Positions 22,801-30,113 of a DNA stretch of 64,000 bases are shown in pieces. The stretch is from NCBI GenBank assembly GCA_032718475.1, contig JAUCBJ010007107.1:8721-72720 (forward strand). The letters run 5' to 3'. Under the pieces are notes generated by a model that did not search any database, was not told the origin of the DNA, and saw only the letters and a list, made by a program, of their open reading frames with translations. Numbering within the stretch: the first letter of the stretch is position 1; each line of letters starts with the position of its first letter. The stretch is from Nemertoderma westbladi (lineage: Eukaryota > Animalia > Xenacoelomorpha). The position numbers and the translations under genes were made by a program.

Positions 22801-25335
22801 TTGCATCTATTGAAAAATATAGATGTACCCCGTTCCTACTTTCCGAATCAGCTGGTATTTCCAGCTGATTTAGAACTGCATTTATTCAGTGACGCAAGTG
22901 ATACCGGCTTTGGTATGGTAGCCTACCTTCGCCGAGAGGTAAGTCAGGACAAATTTGAGACGGCCTTTGTGACTTCTAGATCAAAGACAATGCCGGTCAA
23001 ATATATGACTGTCCCTCGTGCAGAGTTACAGGCGGCTGTAGTTTCGGTCGAGGTAAGTAAGCAAATAACTGAGGAGTTAGACACGACATTGACCTTATTC
23101 TATTGGACGGACGCATCCTTGGTGTTAGTATACATTGCGGCCGACAATATTGCACTAAAGACATTTGTTGCCAACAGACGCGCTCAGATCGTTGATTTTT
23201 CGACGAAGGAACAATGGAGACATTGTCCGGGAGTGTTGAACCCGGCCGACATAACTTCGAGAGGTGCAATGCCGGCGGAATTCTGTCAGGAAGAGTCGCA
23301 GGAGTTTTGGTTGCATGGACCTGAATTTCTAACGAGGACACAGGAACATTGGCCAGAGCGACTAAAGATAGTGACCAATCCGATGCCTGAAGATGCAGAA
23401 GTCAAAGTGGAGAAAGTCTCTAAGTCGAAGTCTAAAGCCAAACTTAAGTCATTGGAGCGGCCTGAAGAGTCATTGGAGCGGCCTGAAGAGTCATTGGAGC
23501 GGCCTGAAGAGTCATTGGAGCGGCCCGGAGACCTGTCAGACCAACAGACTTACGTGACTACTAGGTCCGGAAGGGTAAGTTATGACATCAAACCACCCTT
23601 ACAGACTAAACCGCAGTCACAGTTGGTAAGTGACGGACAGAAAATGACCGACACAATGGAGCCTTTGGTTTCCAAACCTGCGGGTTTGGATTCGAAACTT
23701 CCATTAGTTAGCGGACAACCGTCGCTGGCATTAGAGTCATGCAGTGTTTATGACAAATTACTAAATTCGTCTGCCTCTTGGCTGACAATTTGTAAAAGAA
23801 CTGCGTGGTTAAGCCGATACGTTTCGTACCTTTGTTTAAAACATTCGAAACATTTGAGAGAACCATTGAGCACCAATAGTGAGCGAATTCGGAAATTGAA
23901 ACAACCTCTGACAGAGGATGAGATTGATCAAGCGGAATTAAAGCATTTGAAACATTATCAAATGTGTGCCTTCCCCAAAGAATTCCATCTATTATCGGCT
24001 CAACGACCAGTTCTCTATAAACCCCTTAGAAAATGGAGTCCATTAATCCATAAGGGTTTAATTTGTCATAGATCGAGAATCCAGACTGTCGACATAAACT
24101 CACAGTTTCGGTTCCCAGTGATAATCCCTAGTCACCCAATAGAATTGCAAAGAGCGATTCTATGGGATATACACAAGAGGTTGCATCACGCGGGAAAGTT
24201 ACACTGTTTGTCGGCAGCGAGACAGCGATTCATTCTATTGCAGCCAAGCAGGGCAGTCGGCACTATGTATGACGCCTGTCTGGTTTGCAAAAGGGTGAAC
24301 GCCAGAGTATTGGAACAGGAGATGGCTGAACTCCCGGAAGCGAGAGTGCAGGCATATGACCCACCCTTTACGAATACAGGGGTGGACTGTTTTGGTCCGA
24401 TTGAGGCAAAGAGTGGACGGCTGACCCACAAGCGATGGGGTCTGCTACTGACATGTATGGCTAGTAGAGCCATACACATCGAACGTGTGGCAGACATGTC
24501 GACTAAATCTCTGCTCCTGGCCTTAAAGAGATTTATGGCCAGGAGAGGACTAGTAAAGGCGTTCTACTCTGATAAGGGTACAAACTTTGTCGGAGGGAAT
24601 AGCGAGTTGAACGCGGCTCATAAAGCAGCACAGAATAAGGAAATTTCTGCAGCACTTTTGCCGCAACGAGTAGAGTGGAGATTCAATACTCCAGAAAGTC
24701 CTTGGAGAGGAGGAAGTTGGGAGCGTTTGGTTCGCTCTGTGAAGCAGGCCATTGCCAAAACATTGCCTGTGAACAAACAACTTACCGACGACGAACTGGT
24801 CACAGCCTTTATTGAAATCGAGCATACCCTAAACTCGAGGCTGATAGCTATGTTGCCAGACGGTGTTGCATTAACGCCGAATCATTTGCTAATGCAGAGT
24901 CCAGCATTTCTTGTGCCGGCATCAGAACCCATTAGTGCCGACCTATATAGTCGTAAAAGCTGGAAGGTGACACAATTAGTGGCGTACACATTCTGGGAAT
25001 ATTGGCGGGAATACTATCTTCCCACCATATCCACCAGAACAAAGTGGTACAAAACGGTTCGGAGTCTCCAAAGGGGAGATTACGTGTTGATAACCGAACC
25101 CATTGTCAAGAGAAAGTATTGGGAGACAGGAGTGATCTTGCACACACACCCAGACGTGCAAAACATAGTGCGCACAGTCACTGTGAAAATTAGGTGCAAG
25201 TGTCCGCACCCAAAAAAGTGTAAAACTAATGGTTTACACACCTTGGACCGACCGGTCCAAGATATTGTGTTATTAGAGGAGACACGCATCGAGACGGGAG
25301 ATTATAGTTTGTCTCCTGCCTCAAAACAGAGTTAG
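16897..25335 (+). CDS. BEL/Pao gag-pol polyprotein (2812 aa)
   Basis: Coiled coil; gag core 'FMGNHKHWRTF'; three Cys/His knuckles; protease 'MLDTAST'; RT 'YLPHH', 'CDIEAMFHQV', 'FYMDD'; RNase H 'LHLFSDAS', 'PRAELQAA', 'NPADITSRG'; integrase 'GVDCFGP', 'SDKGTNF', 'GGSWERLV'. No stops. Confidence 0.97.
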   Translation: MSVSDKEALEDSYETAAGPPTDDSVNITVDDNADYDDAASDADVSEQEDETVTSEEEQQPHVIVLGSPTATVRKDCTATQPEVSDREGSVAEARARSPVSRPVGMVSAVVPTAVRSTRSFRNNPSSPPSVSQVSERELDIAIKKKLRAHAGHITRTADKVRKMLADPANIGRVELVEIRRGYNSALFKQTEELAVLAKKAVESQSSDVATRIYDRVLAALLEHRELSERFRRVRTENWLLWASQTQATQVSDAELRDLVEREEIQDKEERRYQREVTSWLMQNGVVVPGQVLPTTENIQQRTLTPPDDASRDSGDSQVSHARGKVICARSLVSHNSAEERRRRLDEQQAEVLRAQEARKEAERERERTRKLDAELRELEEISKRERAEREQRERELQAEREREELECEQRERELQLECEREAKKRELQLEREQEAKKRELQAERKRKKLDREQKERELQLECGRKERELEIEKRRRALYEEKARVEEESAARRAREEEERKLAQLESARLSLESEERTRKANEIAEKGMRMLEECGASVGTELRELFALQKAEQEARTPTIRESTTTRIPIPGPAITSTRIVKPFSTYRTPVGISASPIAQDLRHRNAAPLYTERDNGEFREETPTGRVFGEPNPRVWNTRTERRPSSTENFRVKPEEGSYERQRITQIEPTIQQNPSQEFITRDELSASLAQAISPHIQPITDMLSNLRLKEAAQVRSNSNPSRPELDKVQPSQRVRISEETIPHRPQVRTPVPNIHNPNFENSAERFIEEAWVRASARKPSRVLRTDTESSDEEEDMRRQKSRNYKERRTDAEQVSWNHRERTRLNNPAELNHLLTRNDATLRDIGKFAARQGLPTQQPQKFMGNHKHWRTFKTYVDEQLTNSTFTPNEKFNYLLQMLHREPRAIADNFVGNERAFELAMKTLSDIYGNKTKMAQSIVEDLGKGGRITTPLELLNLANAISNALDILRTVNLPHHGDHAEVLKSVIRRLNMRYRQKWRKLENKLEGQGKVLTLQHIHDMIATDAVAEMKSNFSEENMRESKPVTGKSMVSFDDDRTTVTFNSVDRYNSNTPAFRSDSRVWSGERLDRPRLKQQELPDGFVGCQYCLLKEVRSDDHKLDSCRRFKELNSEQRRVQVRTLDTCWACLAPGHVRRQCPNSKDGCMECGRLHHKLLHADFHTPTDRYLQRNPQRKGSKEPVSIRRNTYTGIQDDGYQPGSSDEDGESSAREVTCQGFTADSSSTSARTYLSSATSEIFSVIPVKLTGDKGSKRIYVMLDTASTLSYIDEEVARAVSSFQDAEEIQIELKSMHGVGDLKGHRISVELDSLLPRDQHTRQERKALPLDGFKCLAMKGFGRQLGKVPPMSPIAQEYFDKLRIPRHQVGYRNVSMLIGAEQLIAHQIWETRPAEPHVNGPHAHRTILGWYTRVPMSYEFTGGDKPMDRYDELQPITQPPLVEPPDIDEFRRTCIDHYSDFSESDEELIPDNVRLSEPLHNDRTDSEPEDYCYQTRGSGSAAHATYLTNVLTYTDIVEGQVAKYRDLDIFQYSEEELQKELIRQDLETGARTVEWLDRDAMEPGGYDLAMSTDEKRSLEMMEDTIRLLPTGHFEVGMLWRRQPPKLENNYSLALKRLNGVRARLLKNPDIREKYCAQINNYFAKGFAGKVEDPDLVTDQTYYLPHHYVTHPDKPDKVRVDNDCAAVYRGMSLNSELMDGPNLNNYLIGILLRFRQRRFAFTCDIEAMFHQVRACKADQDSLRFLWFENEDLSGPVVTYQMYVRIFGARDSPNGTLFVLKKTATAQIGKYPVEVIESILRNFYMDDGLVSKDTAEQAIEVAHGLQECLATGGFPLTKFTTNSEALLESFPVKDRGSGDIELGVEPIPMARVLGLAWNPNSDKFQVRVRFEPSSPDKVLTKRICLSTLSRLFDPMNFISPVILQARACMRKIWLSDLEWDEPISPIHAKQWREWEAELHLLKNIDVPRSYFPNQLVFPADLELHLFSDASDTGFGMVAYLRREVSQDKFETAFVTSRSKTMPVKYMTVPRAELQAAVVSVEVSKQITEELDTTLTLFYWTDASLVLVYIAADNIALKTFVANRRAQIVDFSTKEQWRHCPGVLNPADITSRGAMPAEFCQEESQEFWLHGPEFLTRTQEHWPERLKIVTNPMPEDAEVKVEKVSKSKSKAKLKSLERPEESLERPEESLERPEESLERPGDLSDQQTYVTTRSGRVSYDIKPPLQTKPQSQLVSDGQKMTDTMEPLVSKPAGLDSKLPLVSGQPSLALESCSVYDKLLNSSASWLTICKRTAWLSRYVSYLCLKHSKHLREPLSTNSERIRKLKQPLTEDEIDQAELKHLKHYQMCAFPKEFHLLSAQRPVLYKPLRKWSPLIHKGLICHRSRIQTVDINSQFRFPVIIPSHPIELQRAILWDIHKRLHHAGKLHCLSAARQRFILLQPSRAVGTMYDACLVCKRVNARVLEQEMAELPEARVQAYDPPFTNTGVDCFGPIEAKSGRLTHKRWGLLLTCMASRAIHIERVADMSTKSLLLALKRFMARRGLVKAFYSDKGTNFVGGNSELNAAHKAAQNKEISAALLPQRVEWRFNTPESPWRGGSWERLVRSVKQAIAKTLPVNKQLTDDELVTAFIEIEHTLNSRLIAMLPDGVALTPNHLLMQSPAFLVPASEPISADLYSRKSWKVTQLVAYTFWEYWREYYLPTISTRTKWYKTVRSLQRGDYVLITEPIVKRKYWETGVILHTHPDVQNIVRTVTVKIRCKCPHPKKCKTNGLHTLDRPVQDIVLLEETRIETGDYSLSPASKQS

Positions 25336-26099
25336 TGTTGGACGCAACTCACTTCGTATGCATTCCTCGTATGCAAATACAAGGAAATGCATAGGAGCGG
25401 GGTTGTGGTGATTTGCGTTGAGTTTTGTCTGGTGGGTATCAAAACAAAATTTTATTTTCAAAAATTTTGGAAAATTTAAAATTTTTAAAAAATTAGAAGT
25501 GAACCCAAGACAATTCCAGACGCTGTGTATAGACGCGTTTTAGAATTCGTCTATAGATAAACAGTAATTTGAAAAGTCGTGAAGCCTGGAAAATAGCATT
25601 TAGAAACCATGGTGACGGCTATATTACGTAGGAGTGTAAATTGAGTTTAGCAACTTCCACAGATTGGTGCCAACAGTGCAACTAAGGTGCTAAAGGTTAG
25701 TAGCACCAGAGGGGTGCACGGACCCCACTCAGTAGTTTGCAGGATGTGTGATGTTCGATTATCAAACCTGTGGGTTTGGTATAGTCGAGTATTGTGGCTA
25801 TAGTCCTTTCTAACTACTGTAGTTTAGTACGAGTAATGGGAGTAGTTTGGGCATCAAAAAGTGAGTTGGTCACGGCCAGTTTATCTCCAAAGTTTTTGCG
25901 CTATGCATGGGAATAGGTTAGAGGATAGTTAGTTAGGAAGAGACGGGATCTAGAGAGTCGAACCTGAACTGCTGGAAGGCGGGGGGGGGGGGGGTTCGGG
26001 AGGTCTGTCCTTCGGCGACATCTAACTGATTTACCCACAGTGTAGTTGGTTACGTAACGGCACTTATTGGGATATATATATGTATATACGCGTAACATA

Positions 26100-29000
26100 A
26101 TGGAGAGGGATATTAGAGCGCAACCGCGCAGAGGATTTACTGCCAGAGAGGAGGCGGAGCTACCATTCGCGCGACCAGGATGTAAAGACTCTAACGTTTA
26201 CTACCATGGGCGGTCCGTGATGGAGCTGAACGGGAAGTATAAACCAAGTTATGATAAAGAATTACGGAGAGAAAGAATGAGAGCGTTGGGGGACCGGATG
26301 GAAGTCTTGCGGAGAGAGTATCGCACGCGGTATCCCTACGACTTTGCTTTGGACGTGTGCGACATTAGCGCAGATCCGGACGAGGAAATCGCACGACTAT
26401 ACCATATGAATATGTATTTACGACACGAGGAGCCTCTACCTGCAGTCCGAGACCAGTTCGACGGAATGCACCTGTATCGGAAGACTCGAGGCGAGGATCA
26501 GGAGACGCCGAAAGTCTTCAGCGTATACAAGCTCTTCTACAAGTGTGGTGAATGCATGAATAAACAGGACGTGGCGATTCCCGACCGATTAGACGAGCAA
26601 CATCCGGAACCGATATTAACGCGATGTCCAGCTCACCAATTCCTTAGATACAACGAGGGAGGTTACCCGATGAGCAACCCGATGATCAGTATCGACTTCA
26701 GCGGAAAGCGACCTCCGAGACCCATTACGCCGACCGTTACGACATTAGATCCGTATACGGAGATTAAACCCTGTTCGACACCCAGTTTGATAGAGACGGC
26801 AGCAGCCATTTCGCTGTACCGAGCCTACAAGGATCTAGAGGCGCGGCGCGAAGCGGCGCGGGACTCGGGTACCAAACCCGTGGGTTTGGAGCTCTCGAGT
26901 CCCTGGACTGCGTTTACTTCACCTCACCGAGTGAGAAGCCTCACACCTGAGCATCAGGACGACATAGACGCGTTGCGGCAGGAGGAGCGAGCGGCGAAGG
27001 CGAAAGAGTTATTTGAGAACAGGATAGCGGAGTATAATAAGACCGCGGATAGACATCAAGAGGAGACGAGGAGAGTGACCGGATTTGTTCCACAGGTCGT
27101 ATCTCAACCCGGACCGGTGTGTTATTCCGACGGCACCGAACCTGCGATATTAGTAGATCATCCGGAGTCGCGAGAAGCGATACGATTCTTGCCGATGGTA
27201 AGAATGGCGGACCATTGGAATGTTGACTGTCTACGGGAAGTTTTATGCGCGAAGTTCTTGCGTGATGTCCCAATGCAGATCACAGATTACGACACTTTGT
27301 ACAAGATTGGAGCTCCGGGGAAGGAGAGTAAGTTATTCGGATGGTTGGATAAGTACATCAAGGTATGGGTCGCGGTGGCTACATTCCCAGATGACGAGGA
27401 GGTAGACCAGACGTGGCTGAGGAGGAAGGGTTCTTATACCCGATATGATGACCACAAGGCTATTGAGCGCATGTGGACCCCATCAGATGAGATTCAGCGT
27501 CAGTGGAGGAAAACGGAGGAATCACTGCAGGATTGGAGAGTGATGTTCTACGACAATGAAGGAGGGTCCCATCAGGAATGCTTGACTAGCAAGTGTATTC
27601 AAATTCGTGCGGCCGATGGTGTGACTCATGTGTTTATGCGTGTGAGGGCGGATCGAGAGAGACCGGAGCCCATCATAACGACACAATATCGGAAGGGGAA
27701 GGATCCTAGGGAACAGATTTTGGAGGTATGCAGGCGAGGAGGTATGCACGGAGCGGAGCGTATCGACGCCAGGATGTTACCCAAGAAAGCTAGAGAGGCT
27801 ATTCTCAACCAAGATTACGTCAAGGTGGGATCGGGAGTCCAGAGCGATTTGGAGAGCGACTTCAACGCCATGACTGATCTGGAAGATAGATTGCCGAGAC
27901 CGTTTGTCGACACCAAGCTATTGTTGCTATGGGCACAGGATATTGGAATTTATAGGGAGTATCCCAACTCTGCCAAGACTGGTATGGGCTTTATAGCACA
28001 CTTGTTGTATAATTGGGACTTTAAGTTAAAGACGCAGAAGAAGTACGAGGAGGCGTATGGTGAATACAACACGCCACCGGGAGCGGAGTTCAAATCCCAC
28101 TTCAAGCGGCAAGCGTTAGTGTATTGGAACATTTGCGCGCCACCCCGTGCGTCGCTACAATATTATTTGGTGCTTGAGTCGAACACGGTGACTTGTTTAT
28201 TAGCGGATATCGTTGCGCGAGTTTTGAAGCGTCATCCATTGGTATTCGGAGGAGATCAATACGTTCGCTCGAAAGGGGGAATCCAATCCGACGTGATGAA
28301 GCGTTTCTTAACCCCGTTCTTCAACCAATCGTTAGAGAATACGTCGATGGTAAGGAGAGGATTAGCGATATTCGAAGGAGTATATCGACAGAACATCGGA
28401 GATTTGGGAGACCGACCGTCGATGGAATATCCGACGCCAGAAGCTTTGGAGAAGTGGTTCAGGAATCAAACCCGCGGGTTTGGTACTCCCTTCCACTCGG
28501 AGGCTGATAGACCTGTTAAGGAGGGCTGGCCGGAAACGTTAGTAGAGGTGTTCGGAGTAGATCTTCCGGTGGAGAAGACATATCCGAAACGAACGCGGGA
28601 GGAAATATTGGAGATAGAGGACAAGGGCGAGGATGTTTACTTTGTTCCGGATCGACAACCGTTGACCGGAGAGGACGACATCGTATTAGACATTGGGAAG
28701 GAAGGAAGTGCGAAACCGATTGGAGACCTCATATACGAGAGGGCCTGGTTTCCACAAGCGCGTAGGTGCAAATTGTGCGGCAGCACAAGGCACAATCTAA
28801 AGTCGTGCGACGCGGTAGTAGAGGCGGCGCATAAGGTCTGTCGTTGGTGTAATGAGACCGACCATTCGTTTCACACGTGCACCGTCTTCATTTCTCAATG
28901 TGGATATTGTGGAGTAAAGGGACATCGTAGCGCGAGATGTCAGCTGCGAGATGATTCCTTTCAAAACCATAGCGCTAACCTACTTCGGGAGATGTTAGAT

Positions 29001-29807
29001 AAGTGGGAGAGTGTGGCGGATTACCATATTCAAGCGCAGATGCGTTGGTTACCATTTAAAGCGGGATATGGGTTTTGGGCGGTAGACCCATCGCATGTTG
29101 CGTACGAGCCATATCTACAATCGCTACCACAATATCAGGAGCTCATCCTAACTGCTCAAGACCTTCCACAGAACACTGGAGTTATCGTAGTCCGAGAATA
29201 CTTCAGACAATTGAACATGGACAATAAGTACACATGGAACTTCGTTGCTATTTGCGATCGCATCACGAAGGGTGTATTTACGGAGACTAGAAAAGTGGTA
29301 CGCGCGCGAGGTGATTGGAGGATGGCGGCTATACAATACCGCAACGAATTCTTGTTGACTCATGTGCCAGTGGGTTCATTGACCGCCGAGAGGATACAGG
29401 AACAAAGGATCGCAGCGACCACAGCGACGACCGCTGGAGCTCAAGGCTCGCGGAAAGAACGAGGAGGAGGGGTCCAAGACAAGCGTCAAGTCAAGGACGA
29501 CCACTACCACTCCATTATAGAAGCTCAACGGTTGCAGCGCAAGGCGCAGGGGGCGTCTGAGAAAGCGCGTGTGCAACTGCAGAAGGAAGAGTTGGCGGAA
29601 GCGACCACGGGAGCGCGACAATTGGGACGAGGCCGAGGGAGAAGTTCAAGCCGAGAATCTGTCGGGGCTCAGGGAACGTCGTCGCCGGTTCCGGGGAGTG
29701 ACGCCTCACGGACGCCGTCAACGGAGTCGACTAGAGGTAGATTAGTGTATCTGGGAAGGGGACGAAAGAGAGGAGCGAGCCCAAAGAACCCAGGAGCGGG
29801 TCGATAA
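26100..29807 (+). CDS. Accessory ORF2 of element 1 (~1235 aa): non-env protein with three CCHC zinc knuckles and a basic RG-rich tail
   Basis: Long intact ORF between pol and the 3' LTR, first ATG at 26100. Knuckles CKLCGSTRHNLKSC, CRWCNETDHSFHTC and CGYCGVKGHRSARC. No signal peptide or TM segment visible. Confidence 0.9.
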   Translation: MERDIRAQPRRGFTAREEAELPFARPGCKDSNVYYHGRSVMELNGKYKPSYDKELRRERMRALGDRMEVLRREYRTRYPYDFALDVCDISADPDEEIARLYHMNMYLRHEEPLPAVRDQFDGMHLYRKTRGEDQETPKVFSVYKLFYKCGECMNKQDVAIPDRLDEQHPEPILTRCPAHQFLRYNEGGYPMSNPMISIDFSGKRPPRPITPTVTTLDPYTEIKPCSTPSLIETAAAISLYRAYKDLEARREAARDSGTKPVGLELSSPWTAFTSPHRVRSLTPEHQDDIDALRQEERAAKAKELFENRIAEYNKTADRHQEETRRVTGFVPQVVSQPGPVCYSDGTEPAILVDHPESREAIRFLPMVRMADHWNVDCLREVLCAKFLRDVPMQITDYDTLYKIGAPGKESKLFGWLDKYIKVWVAVATFPDDEEVDQTWLRRKGSYTRYDDHKAIERMWTPSDEIQRQWRKTEESLQDWRVMFYDNEGGSHQECLTSKCIQIRAADGVTHVFMRVRADRERPEPIITTQYRKGKDPREQILEVCRRGGMHGAERIDARMLPKKAREAILNQDYVKVGSGVQSDLESDFNAMTDLEDRLPRPFVDTKLLLLWAQDIGIYREYPNSAKTGMGFIAHLLYNWDFKLKTQKKYEEAYGEYNTPPGAEFKSHFKRQALVYWNICAPPRASLQYYLVLESNTVTCLLADIVARVLKRHPLVFGGDQYVRSKGGIQSDVMKRFLTPFFNQSLENTSMVRRGLAIFEGVYRQNIGDLGDRPSMEYPTPEALEKWFRNQTRGFGTPFHSEADRPVKEGWPETLVEVFGVDLPVEKTYPKRTREEILEIEDKGEDVYFVPDRQPLTGEDDIVLDIGKEGSAKPIGDLIYERAWFPQARRCKLCGSTRHNLKSCDAVVEAAHKVCRWCNETDHSFHTCTVFISQCGYCGVKGHRSARCQLRDDSFQNHSANLLREMLDKWESVADYHIQAQMRWLPFKAGYGFWAVDPSHVAYEPYLQSLPQYQELILTAQDLPQNTGVIVVREYFRQLNMDNKYTWNFVAICDRITKGVFTETRKVVRARGDWRMAAIQYRNEFLLTHVPVGSLTAERIQEQRIAATTATTAGAQGSRKERGGGVQDKRQVKDDHYHSIIEAQRLQRKAQGASEKARVQLQKEELAEATTGARQLGRGRGRSSSRESVGAQGTSSPVPGSDASRTPSTESTRGRLVYLGRGRKRGASPKNPGAGR

Positions 29808-30113
29808 TACATTATGGCACAGGGCGACAGACTCTAGATATATACATCATCGTCGCTCTGATTAAGAATGAACGAGAAACAATATTTTGTAAATTTAATT
29901 TGTATGTAATAATCGTTAAACAGTGAGAGAGATAATATTTTTGTAAATTTAATTTGTATGTAATTCATTATGCAATATCTATGGCAATATTTGTAAATAG
30001 TAGAATTATTATGTTATTTAGATTGGTTGGAAGAAATTTATTTTGTTTTGTATACATCACCTTATACTCTTCTACAATTGGAGGGAAACATTGTATGATT
30101 TCCCTTGGAGCGG

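Noticed and set aside
26100-29807. ORF2 as an envelope glycoprotein
   Set aside because: No signal peptide, no C-terminal transmembrane helix, and a basic disordered tail with zinc knuckles.
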